DNA of 50,283 nucleotides from a virus. Taxonomy: Duplodnaviria > Caudoviricetes. The notes below the pieces were generated by a model. It was not told the DNA's origin and searched no databases. It was given only the letters and a program-made list of their open reading frames with translations. The position numbers and the translations under genes are program-made. Numbering within the stretch: the first letter of the stretch is position 1; every line of letters begins with the position of its first letter. Shown here piece by piece: positions 7,995-19,300 of the stretch. The stretch spans positions 1 through 50,283 of IMG/VR virus record IMGVR_UViG_3300033434_000004. One strand, written 5' to 3'.

Positions 7995-8564
7995 TTAAAT
8001 CGCAGATACATAATCGTAGGTATTATTGGCTCTGTTTGCGTACCCCTCAGCGTATTCTTCACAGTCAGCAGCGATAGCGTATTCATCACGGAACAAGTCG
8101 CGCAATGTTTCAAGGTTGTTAATGTCATATCCTCGTTCTGCCCTGCGCTGTAGGAACCGCATAACAACAAAGTGGCTAGTGGGGCACCATATTCCGGAAT
8201 AGATTATGCATCTGTCGTCTGTTAGCCCCGCATTACGTAATGATGGTAGATATAGTTCAAGGCAGTCTTGGGCGAGTATCATGTTCTGTGCTGCTTGACC
8301 TTGTTCAGAGTCTAATAGTGCAGATAGGGAGTCTAATTCGCCTGCTGCTTCAATGTCTGAGTAAGTACGGTTGGCATAATAGCTGCCGCCGTCAATGTAT
8401 CCCAGTAGAATGTCTCCTCTGCCACCATCTAGTCCCTCCCATTGTGAGCAGCCCATGCTTGGGTAGTCACCCGCTGTAGAGCAGGTTACACAACCATACG
8501 GACCCTCTACACCCGTAGCTACTAACCCTTTAGCTATTTCTAAAGCTAGTTGTTCGTCGTTCAC
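7995..8564 (-). CDS. Putative endolysin (lysozyme-like fold)
   Basis: GVEG.Y..V...S.G..QW pattern resembling lysozyme-like hydrolases; downstream of holin-like genes; AGGAGG RBS. Confidence 0.55.
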   Translation of the reverse strand: MNDEQLALEIAKGLVATGVEGPYGCVTCSTAGDYPSMGCSQWEGLDGGRGDILLGYIDGGSYYANRTYSDIEAAGELDSLSALLDSEQGQAAQNMILAQDCLELYLPSLRNAGLTDDRCIIYSGIWCPTSHFVVMRFLQRRAERGYDINNLETLRDLFRDEYAIAADCEEYAEGYANRANNTYDYVSAI

Positions 8565-8634
8565 TACTTTTGCCTCCTAAATAAAGATTTAATCATATCC
8601 CATATAAGCGTTACCGCAATCAAAGGCCGCTCCT

Positions 8635-9111
8635 TTAATCTACACGCTCCTTTACTTGTTCAATAGTTTCACCCTCACCAGGCACCGGGTTTTCGTTTCG
8701 GTTACAAACGCATTGCGCTACCCATGCCGGCCAGGTCATGTTGTGTATCCCAGTGCCGTTTCCTACCTGTTCATTGACGTTATTGTGGTATTCCCTGTGC
8801 AATACCAGCAGGTTCCGAACATCGTCAATATTGATGATCGGGGTAGCAGACATTTTACAGCTATACCCATACGGATCAAAGCACATTAAAAAAGCCTTAA
8901 GCCTGTCAAAATCAATGACATTCTCTAGGCTAAATTCGGCAATATGGTGTACCTGCAATTCGTCTGTTCGATTTGAAACAAAGCACTTGTAATTTCCATC
9001 TTTTTTAAGTTTATTGACACTTTTGTGAAATACTGCTGTATTCCGTTCCCTATGTTCAGGGGTTATCAGTATTTCAGTTACAGTTTTCTTTTCAATATGT
9101 TCCGGTGTCAT
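8635..9111 (-). CDS. HNH endonuclease-like protein
   Basis: CFVS...LQVHH...NLLVLHREYHN. Confidence 0.65.
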   Translation of the reverse strand: MTPEHIEKKTVTEILITPEHRERNTAVFHKSVNKLKKDGNYKCFVSNRTDELQVHHIAEFSLENVIDFDRLKAFLMCFDPYGYSCKMSATPIINIDDVRNLLVLHREYHNNVNEQVGNGTGIHNMTWPAWVAQCVCNRNENPVPGEGETIEQVKERVD

Positions 9112-9458
9112 TATCTACCTCCAGTATCATTTTTTATAATGTTGTTTATTATAGGTGCCATTCCTTGCCCCGGCAGCGTATTGAATTCGCCATCAATACC
9201 GTACTTTGTCCAAGCGGCTTTAGCCAGGGCGGCAACGCCGCCTAAGCCTGTAATTACGACGCCGACACCTGTCCAGCATGAACTTAATTCGAATTTTGTA
9301 CCGTATAGGGCATTAGCCCAGTAACCAATAAGCCATGAACACAATACGAGACAAAGAAATAGGAGCATTATGATAACCATAAAAATGACGAGCGCAAGCC
9401 AATGCACTTGCGCCCATAATCCAAAACTGGTTATACCGTTTTTTAATTTACTGAACAT
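9111..9458 (-). CDS. Holin-like membrane protein
   Basis: Two long hydrophobic segments; lysis-region position. Confidence 0.65.
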   Translation of the reverse strand: MFSKLKNGITSFGLWAQVHWLALVIFMVIIMLLFLCLVLCSWLIGYWANALYGTKFELSSCWTGVGVVITGLGGVAALAKAAWTKYGIDGEFNTLPGQGMAPIINNIIKNDTGGR

Positions 9459-9462
9459 TTTG

Positions 9463-9729
9463 CTACCCCCGCATAAAGAATACGGTTACGAGCCCCGTGA
9501 TAGCAGCTACAGCTAAAGCTGTGACTACATTGTCCCACCGTTTACTGGGCTGTTCAAGAATCGTGTCAATTTTGGTTGCTATAACTTTTATCTGATCAGT
9601 GATATAGTCAAGCTTAGTTTCAACTCTGACCTGTCGGGTATTAAGGTCATTGTCGCTTGTTTTCAGATCTCTTATGTCTTGCTCACATATAGATACACGT
9701 TTCGACAAACTCTCAAGATCAATTGGCAT
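9463..9729 (-). CDS. XhlA-like coiled-coil plus C-terminal TM lysis protein (start reassigned to MPIDL)
   Basis: GGAGG RBS before ATG 9729; coiled coil, P..RWD motif, terminal TM. Confidence 0.7.
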   Translation of the reverse strand: MPIDLESLSKRVSICEQDIRDLKTSDNDLNTRQVRVETKLDYITDQIKVIATKIDTILEQPSKRWDNVVTALAVAAITGLVTVFFMRG

Positions 9730-9934
9730 TTTGTCCTCCACTTCTGCGTGACCGGTCATATTCACCACCACCTTTATGTGGCCCCATAGGTACTTCGCCT
9801 CTTCGTGGTCCGTTTGAACTGTCGCCTTTAGGTACGCCGCTTCTATGTTGCCCGATAGGCCCCTCTCCCCGACACGGTCCCATAGGTCCTTCGCCTCTTC
9901 GTGGCCCGTTTGAGTAGTTCTGTCCTTTTGGCAT
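9719..9934 (-). CDS. Gly/Pro/Arg-rich repetitive small protein
   Basis: AAGGAGGT RBS; internal duplication NGPRRGE.PMGP. Confidence 0.6.
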   Translation of the reverse strand: MPKGQNYSNGPRRGEGPMGPCRGEGPIGQHRSGVPKGDSSNGPRRGEVPMGPHKGGGEYDRSRRSGGQNAN

Positions 9935-10002
9935 TAGTAACTACCTCCTTTACCTGGTTTCGTTGGTTTCATATCTTTAGGTGCTTTAGGTGCTTTAGCC
10001 AT
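9934..10002 (-). CDS. 22-aa Lys/Pro-rich peptide (not in ORF track)
   Basis: MAKAPKAPKDMKPTKPGKGGSY; AAGGAGGT RBS; TAATG overlap with next gene. Confidence 0.6.
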   Translation of the reverse strand: MAKAPKAPKDMKPTKPGKGGSY

Positions 10003-10004
10003 TG

Positions 10005-10244
10005 TTAGTTACCTCCTTTCTTTATTTCTATTGTAGAATCGCTGTTATTTGTACTAGTCTGTGTTTGATTTACCTGTGGGTAGGAGTAATCAGTTGTGAA
10101 GTAAAGAAAGCTTATAGATATAGCTGTAATACTGAAACATACAGCCATAATACCTATCACAATAACCAGTCTACGGTTGATAATATCTGTTCTTTCAAGG
10201 CTTTCCGCTACTCTTTCAAGTATCTCAATAGTCCTATCTGGCAT
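10005..10244 (-). CDS. Single-TM membrane protein
   Basis: Central hydrophobic segment; first gene after the giant-gene terminator. Confidence 0.65.
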   Translation of the reverse strand: MPDRTIEILERVAESLERTDIINRRLVIVIGIMAVCFSITAISISFLYFTTDYSYPQVNQTQTSTNNSDSTIEIKKGGN

Positions 10245-10302
10245 ATAAAAGTGACTTCATAATAAGTCAACTCCTTCCGGTAATCCGTATTTTGAGTACC
10301 CT

Positions 10303-10330
10303 AAAATAGGAGGCCCACGAGAGGGCCTCC
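10303..10330 (-). terminator. Terminator after polyvalent protein gene
   Basis: GGAGGCCC/GGGCCTCC stem then TATTTT. Confidence 0.7.
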
Positions 10331-10335
10331 CACTA

Positions 10336-13300
10336 CTAATCATTAGCGTCCGTAAGGTCGTCGTAATCACTACGCCGCTTCTTGGATACCCCTTGCAGCG
10401 TTCTTTCAAGGTCTGTCTTGCCTTTTTTCTGCGCTTCTTGACGGACGCGCTTGGCGCTTATTTTCAGCTCTTGCAGCTTCTCGGAATTTTCCTTTGATGG
10501 ATTTTTAATATATGCATCAATCGCACCTGTGACCTTAGCGCTGCGTTCGTTTTCCTCAGCACGAATTATGCGTTTCGTGTCACGTTCTAGCGCCTCATCA
10601 ATAGGTACGAATCCCAGCCCACGAGCAAGCCGTTCGCCTGCAGTATCATATACTGTTTTAACTCGGTCACGTTTTCCGGTTACTTCACCAGCGTAGGCTT
10701 GAGCGAAGTTTCCTAAACCAGGGGAGAATGCTTTCAGCGCCGCTATTGTGTTACCCTGCCCAAGAGCTGTAGCGAACTGCGTAGTTTTACCGACAGTAGG
10801 TCCAAGTAAATCCAGCACCGTAGTAGGGATAGCGTCACCAATACCGGCACGTTTCGAAACATCGACACCAGCAATAGGTGCTAATGCACCATACAAAGGT
10901 AACTGAACTATTGCAAGTTTAGCTTTGTCTTTACCTGCCCATTCCAGCGCGGCTTTTTTCATTTTTTCCTCCGGATCAAAATCAAACAATCCTTTCAGAA
11001 TACTGAATATCACGCCCACACCTGGTACGCCCCATATGCCAGATATAGCGAGAAACGGTAACCAAAAACGCATATTCTCGGCAAAACCACCGTTAGATAC
11101 AATATCCCCCATTAACTCTAGCTGCTTAATTGGGTACTTCTTAAACTGAAACAGTAATTGTCTAAGCGGCCCACCTTGTCTAATAAATTCTGGAGTATCA
11201 TGAACACCGTATTCAAAGTTCGTTTCCTTGTTAATTTCTGTCGCATACATTAACGCGTCTTCTCTCGTTTTACCTTCATCCACAGCTTTTTGGTAGGCAC
11301 CTAACGCGGCCGCGCGCCTGAGCCACACGTCCATAGCGCGGAAAGGTTGGGTACTCAAATCAAGTCCCTGCAAAGCTGTAGACGCTGCCTTTGATACAAT
11401 ACCAGCGCCGCCAGGTCCTTTACCACTAGGATTTCTAGAATATCCGTTAGTTTCAATCGACAGACTAGAGTCTATCCCAGCGCGGTGCAGTATCATTTTT
11501 TCCCTTCTGTTAGGCTTTAGTCCAGCTTTCATTCCACTTAACGTGTATTTAGTACCGATTTTAGAGTGGAAATTAATCATCTGTGTAAGTTGCAACATAG
11601 CTGAACCAACATTAAACAAACCTAATGATAAGCCGGCAACCGCCCTTTGAACGTCAGACGAAAGCTGCAAGGCAACACGTTCACCATAGTAACTTGTGAT
11701 ATGCTTACCTATCCACGAATGAGAGATTACGTCATTCCACCATTTTTCATTATCAGTAGGTTTACCGTTAACATCTTCGATGTACCTTTTAATGAATTTC
11801 GCGGTTTCCGTCATCTTGTCTTCGTTAGCGAAATCCCCAAAGAACCGTTCAAAGCGCGACATAGCTTTTTGTTTAAACGGATCAAGGGCCACGTACCTCG
11901 ATACCTGATTAAAGTAACTACCAATTACCCAATCAAGGTCAGTTTCGAACCCTGCAGCCCCCGTTCTTTTCCTGAACAGATTACCTAAATATCTATGCTT
12001 GCTGCGCATTTTTACAGTATCCCCTAAAACATCTTTAGCGTCGGCTAGGTTGATACTAAGTTCTTCAGCAATCTTCTTAGTCATTCGAGCGTAGTCCTTA
12101 TCCCCCATTACAGAGGCATTTGACATGCCGTCAGGAAAAGTGTAGGTCTTGGGTTGGATTACTATTTCGGCGTCTGGATAATCCTTAGCCAACGCTTCAG
12201 CTTTCTTCAAGGCCTCGTTCGGTGTCCGGCCAGATCCTACAGTACGGTATGTTTCATTTCCGTTTTCGTCTGTTACCTTCTCCCTAATCATCCATTCATG
12301 GAAGAAATGTGGAATGTAGCCGCTCTTATGGGCTATAGGAGGCGTTTGCGACTGGTAGTGAACTTCGTAGAAGTCATCACCGCGAACATAGCCTGCTTGT
12401 TCCGGCAAGGTATAACCTGTAACAGAATCCAGTTTTTCGCTGAGAATTTGCACGTTTTCATCTTGCTTCAGAAGATCAAGCTGTGTTTTTGAAATGACTT
12501 GCGTAGTTTCAAATATGCGGGGTTGCTGCCAGGTAACAACAAATTCGTCAGCACCTTTTTGTTTCGTGTCAAGGATCTTAGCGAACTTATTCTGTTGCAG
12601 CTTTTCAAGTCCTGCCTTATTCATGGTTTTCGACTCCGTAGTAAGCTGCTGCCGAACTTCGTTAGCAATCTTCCAGGCATGATCAAAGGCTGTACGTACC
12701 ATCTTATATGCTTTAATTACAGCGCCATTGGCGCCCTTTTCTTTTAGCTCGGCATCTGAATACTGCTTACCATCTAAGTCGCCGGCCAGCAGAATGTCGT
12801 ACATCTTTTTGGTATTTTCTTTAGCATTTCCTTGCTTCAGCACTTTTTCCCACTTTTGCGTACGGTGTTTAAAGTGGTTCCGCAACTGCTCTTGTTTTTC
12901 CATGGCTGTTTCTGCAAGATTAAGGAACGGCTTAATAGCTGGATACCGTTTAGCAAGACGTGAAGTAGACGACATAGCGCGGTCTATTCCGTTAATCCTA
13001 CCAGGTTCTTCCTTATTATTAAGCGTGATGTTTGGGTTAGGCTCTTTCTTCTTTAAGAGGTTCAAGGATACTGAGCCTCGTTCGTTACTGAGGATGTCTT
13101 TTATATTGACATTATTCTTTTTTTGTTGTAGTATACTGCTTAAAGAGTCATTCATTGGTACTATCTCGGGCAATTGGAGCCCGAAGGTCCGGGCCAATGT
13201 TTGACTCTTTTTATTATGCACATACAGCAATCTACCTTCGTCAATCTGCGCTTGGATGAATTTTACAGAATCATTCTTTCCATAGACACTTGAAATAGCA

Positions 13301-16300
13301 TTAGCTTTATGTTTGCTGTGCCGCACATCGAGGGCTATAGACGCAATAACACTACTACCGTTTTTGTCCTTCAGCTCGGTTAAAATAACAAAGCTGTCTT
13401 CGGGACGCGTAGCAGATTTAAATACCATTATTGGGTCGTTAATTTGTTCCGGTAGTTGTTTTAGCAAATCAATGGTTAAGTCATGTTTGCCGCCTGCTAC
13501 ACCTTTAGGATTAACGGCTTTCGCAATTGTATTTTGACTGATTTCAATAGGTAGTTGTTTAGCGCCAAGGTTTAGTAGTATACCTGGCGTGTTACCAATA
13601 GTAACTTCTGTCCCCGGATTTAATTTTCCAGCTTTCCAGGCGTCCAAATCTTTACTAAAGCTATTTGAGAACATTCTAATACGACCATTCTCGTTATTCA
13701 CAGCCTTTGTGGCCTGCTGGTACACATCGTTCATAACGCTCTTGAAGTTGTTCCATAGACCGCCTAACAGTTCCCGCATTTTACTGCCAAACGACTTAAC
13801 GCTGGTGTTACCGTCCAATATAACCTGCTTACCTACTTCCACTAACTGTGGGATAGCTTCGCGGGTTTTATTAACGTAAGGCGTCAGCATTTCGCTCAGG
13901 TCTACGTCATCGAACTTACCACCTGTAGGATCAAACCCAGAATTGAGACGGGTAGCTTGACTTTCAGATGCCGGGGCTACATCAGTTACAGGTCTATCCT
14001 TAGTAAGAGCTGTAAACGCTTCTTCGAACTTCTCTCCTATTGGAAGAAAATATCTCGTATCCCAGTTTATACGCTCTTTAAAGACTCCGTTTTTAGTTAA
14101 CTGGTCATCGAACTTCCAAAGGTTATCCCCTGTCAACTCAATTCTGTTTTCACCAGAAACGCGGCGTCGGCTTAACTGCCAGCCGTTGGTTAATGTTACA
14201 GTGTTGTTGTCTCGGCGTATTTTATCCTGAATTTCTCTTGGCGTGTAATTAATACTACGTTCCGTATCAAACTTGCGTAAAGTTTGGTCAACATCTTTTT
14301 CCTGAATAATGCGGCCAATGAACCGCCTGCCGTCCGAAGTCTGCACACGATACACCTTAGCGTTACCCTTAGGTAGTCTATCCCACACAGGGAGGATAGC
14401 TCCGGTGATAATGTGAAGATCCTCTTTTCTGGTTTTTGGTTCGGCAGCCACAGCCTCTTCCCATGCCTCTTGAGCTTTGTCGTCGTCAACGCCTATTTTT
14501 TTCCAATTATCACCTTTGAAGTCCGATTCGGTGACTGTGCGGAACCGGTTCGCTGACGGACTTTGCAAGAAATAGGTGTCCGTAACACGACCATAATCGT
14601 CCGTTCTGGTGATGCCACGTCTTACAGCCCAAACCTTGCCGCTTTTCTCATTTTTATAGATACCCATAAAATTATTCAGTGAACGCATTTTATTCCAGGT
14701 AAAAGGTTTGTTATCCTGCGTAGCTTCCAGGTTAATGTATTTCGTTTCTGCCCCACTTCTGGGATCGATGTACACGGTTTTTTCTTCTTTAACATCAACA
14801 GATAGAGCTTTATAATTTTCCATCCCAGAGTCAAGCGTTCCGTTAGCTATTTGCTGATCAATGATGCCGTCTAGACTTTCACTGAACCGGTCAAACACTT
14901 TATTCTGATCATCAGACTCTAATGCAAGTAACCGGTTTAAGAACTTCGGAACATCACGTAACGTATTTTGATCTAAGGACTCCCGTTTTTGGTTGTTGTC
15001 GGGAAGTAAACTTGATAACCCCATCTTAGTCAAAGTCTCGGTAGCCGGAAGTTCTTTATACTGGCCTTTCAGCATATCCGTATAGAACTTCTGCAAAGCA
15101 TCACGTGCATAGTCTGACTCCAGGTTGTCTTTAGCTGTAAACAGTCCTTGATTAGCAGCATCACGTTGGCCTTTGGTTAAGGCTCCGAGCTGGTCTAATC
15201 TTCGGGCGATAGTAGAGATAAAGCGCTTCTGACCTTTTAGATTCGTAGTAACCAGTGTGTAATGAGGTTGTGAAACTTCCCCAGACCGGTGAGTACGGCC
15301 AAACCCTTGTACAGCATTATCAGCTCTCCATCCTGGTTGAATGAGATAATGAATACGGCGTCTTTGATTTTTCATGTCAGCACCAGCATGGAAACTTTGG
15401 CCGGTGCCACCAGCATCAGAGAATACCAGGATATTCTTCTTATCACTCAGGAAAGCTTTTACGTCAGCAGCATTATGAGAAGGTGAGCGTCTTTCAATTC
15501 TACCTTCAATACGCCCAGAATCTTCATTTTTCTCTTTAACTACTCGACGTTGTCTGCCTGTTACTTCAGCAACATTCTTAGTACCAAAGGTGTTTATAAT
15601 GATTTCTAACGGGCCGTCAGGAACCTTCATAGCACCTAACTTAGACATCAGGTTGTTCTTCATAGCGGTAGCTTCTGCGTTCTCTACATGGTTCCCTTTG
15701 CTGTCAACTACAGGTCTTGAGCGTTTGTTACCATCTTCGTCCTTGTAATCTTCAAACTGCTGTGTTGGGAACGACTTATCTAAGAACTGCAGCAGAATGT
15801 CTTTAGGGGTAAGATCAAGGTCTTCGATAGGTTGATCTTCGTCCATTTCAGCTATCTTACGATTTTGGGTAGCCTCATTAGTGTTGACAAGCTGCATGAC
15901 AACAGCGTTACCAGCTTTGATCTGTTTTCTTACATCTTCTACTACTGCCGGCATTTGCATCGAAGTTAGTATCTGATTAAAGAAGCGCTGCTGTGATCCC
16001 CAAAACTGCCCTAAAGCATTTTTCTTCGCATTTGGATTCTTTACTTTTCCTGCGGCATCTACAGCTCCGGTAGCTTCCAGGGCTTTGTTGATGTTTTGAA
16101 GAACTGTCTGCCAGCCCCGCGCCATGGTATCATATATTTCTTTCTGGTCAGCATTAAGTTCATGGGTAATCGTTCCATAGGTTACGCCGTCATAGCTCAG
16201 GTTACGCGCAATGTATACGCCCATAGCTTTCATGTCCCGCGCAACTAATTCCATAGCTGCAAGTCCTGCTTCATCTATTTGGGATATAAAGTCGTTAACG

Positions 16301-19300
16301 TCGGCAAAAGCTGTACCTTCACCCCAAAGACCGAGGCGGGAAGCATATGCCAGGTTTCCGACTTCGGTTGCACCAGTAGCTGAAACATACGTGATTCGTG
16401 CATTAGGGAAACGCTTTTGAAGTTCGATACCAGATAAGCCTACAGCAGAGGCTTTTTTGACCCCGCGTTTACCTTTAGTGGCTACGCTGTTAGCCATTTT
16501 ATGGGCTTCGTCAAAGGCTATAACACCGTCGAAGTCTTTTCCCAGCCATTCGGTTATTTGATCTAACCGGGAATTCTTACCCTTCTTAGTGGTAACTTCA
16601 CCACTGTTGCCCACCTCTAAGTTAGACGATAAGGTACCATAAGGGACAAACATAATGCCGTCTGCCTGTTTTACGGAATCGTCTAGTTTATACTTGCTCA
16701 ACTTGAATAGTTGGTCTTTCTTACCGCCTAACGCTTCCCAATCTCTTACAGCGTCAGAATACAGCGGATCATTTTTCGTTACCCATACAGCCTTTTTCTT
16801 GCCATTTCGCAGACTGTCAAGAATAACACCGGCAATCTCCCTGCCCTTACCAAGACCTGTACCGTCCCCCACAAAGTAACCCTTCCGAGTACCATCCGGA
16901 AGGGTTTGTTCGAATGACTGACCTGCGTACACGATAGCTTCTAGCTGTGCGATAGACAGGGTCCCGTCAGTTATTAAGTTCTTCGGTAGATTAGGTGAAT
17001 ACGTAGGGGAAGGTGGTTCAACAGCGGCCATAGCCGCACTCTGCACTAAAGCTGTAGGATGTTTTTTTGCTCCCGGTACTTTCAGCTTTTGGGGGTAGTA
17101 CGCATCAAATGTCGAGTCGCTTAATTCGGAATCTTTAGCTTTGGTATCAGCTTGTTCAACCTTTATGCGTCCATCTGTATCTGAAGCTGATTCGCTAGGT
17201 ACGCTGCTGCGTCCTCCGGTGTTTCCTGCGCTTTCAGGTTGTTCAGTACCGCTTGTGTCTGGTTGTCTCCGTCCTCTGTTACTAGGAGGAACTTCATTGC
17301 TTTCTGTGGTTTTATCATCGACGTTAGTTTTTCGGTAACTTCCAGCAGGCCGCTCACTTCCTGATTTACCTCCACCGCTCCGTTCTTTATCCCCCACTCT
17401 ATCAGTTGATACAGATACAGCCCCGCTGTCGGGTCCGGATTCTCCCCTGCTTTCTTTAGGAAGCTCTTTGCTACTTGATTTATCGGGTGCTTGTTCACCG
17501 CGTCTATCTCCTGTTGACGCACGATCATTTCTAACCGCCTCCAATATTGGCAGCGCTTCTCCTGCGCTGTCTACATTACCTGTAATAGTAGGTTGTTCAG
17601 TCTTACCTGTTTTATCTATAACAAGAATCTGAACATCAAAACCAGTCCCGTATTTCGTGTAATCTTTACCATCAATACCTATATTAGCACGAACATTGTA
17701 CTCTGACTTTATTTTCTTCCACCATGATTGAAAAGATTTTGCATCGTCAGACATTCCCCGGCCAACAATAGCCACTAAGCGGCCCCCAGGCTGTAAACGC
17801 TTTAAAGCTTGTTCAATATGCTGTGTAGCGTTTACGGTTTTACGTTCGCCCTGCACCCTGCCTGCTGTAGATGAAAACGGTGGGTTCATGATTACAACCG
17901 TAGGCTTAACATCAGCCGGAAGAATGTTATTAATTTGTTCGGCGTTTTCAGTAAACACCCGGTCAAAAGGGAGTTCCTTTATGATAGAAGCACGTCTTTC
18001 GCTTAACTCATTAGCAATAACTTCAGCGCCGGCCGCTTTGGCAAAGCTTGCAATGCCACCGATTCCAGCACTAGGTTCAAACGCGGTGTCATTTTTATTT
18101 ACGCCGGATACCCATGATGCAACATACGCAATATGTGGAGGGGTTGAAAACTGTTGGAATTCATCCATTTCCGCGGTGCGTTTCGTTTGCGTAGGAATTA
18201 TAGATAGTATATGTTCTTTAAGGTAATCTACAGCTTTTGAGGCTTCTTCTGCTGTCGCTGCTTTGGCTGGATTGACCTGTTCACTTTCGAGAATGAAACG
18301 ATTGACACCTAATTCAAGTGCATCGTATGCGTCTTTCGACGTATATTTGTTTTCAGCTTGGGTTCCACCAAAGGCTTCGTCAGCCTGGGAGAACAGCTCG
18401 TCAGACGTGAATTTCTTTCCGTCTTTCAAGCGCGATAGTACCCAGTCACCAACAGCGCTTACTGCTTTTGGGTATTCCTTAGCTACTGGTTTTTCTTCTT
18501 CTGGTTTTTCTTCTTGTTTCGATTCTACAACATCTTTTACAGAATTGCTAGAAGATTCTTTCTTAACGACTGGTTTTTCTTTTGCTTTTGGTTCTTCTAC
18601 TTTTTCAACTCGTTTTTGTTCTGCGGCTTTTGGTTCTTTCCTAGTTTCTTCAATAACCGGTTCTTTGGTACTTTGTTCAGCTTCCGAAGGGTAGAAGGTT
18701 ATTGACGAATACCGTTGCTCACCCGTAGGGGTGGAAACGCGCACAGCTTTTTCCTGATTGCGCGCAAAACCAAGTTCAACACCAGGGATATTAGCTTTCT
18801 GGATTTCCGATATCAGATTAACAAATTCAGCATTAGGCATCTTCATGCGCTGCTGCAGAGTTTTTAACCCGATAGCACGACTATGTGTCTGGCCGTTAAA
18901 TAATTCTTTAGCCACACCCTCATAAGCTGTACGCATATTGTCCAGGTTCGGAGCCTCTTGACTTGGTTCCTGCGTCGGTTGTGCCACAGCTACAGCCTCT
19001 TCTTGGGGTGCTTGGGGTGCTTGGGGTGCTTGGGGTGCTTGCTGCTTAGGATTATCAAGTAACACAGCTTTACGGCCAATGTTAAATGTTGTACCGTTAG
19101 GCGTTTTAACATTTAGCATACCGGGATCACTTGCGTCAACAACCTCTAAAGGAGCACCGTTTGTTGGGTGGTAGACCGTAGTGCCTACTTCTATACTTCT
19201 GTTTGGTTGGAATTCCGGAGAACTTATTTCCGGTTGTTCAACATTCGTGTCAGAACCCAAACTAAAGGCTGTAGGTTGTATTTTTCTACCGGTGAACCCC

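Noticed and set aside
13166-13184. Inner hairpin as a tRNA anticodon mimic (7-nt loop, UUG centre)
   Set aside because: Loop AAUUGGA lacks the conserved U33 pattern; not supportable without more evidence.
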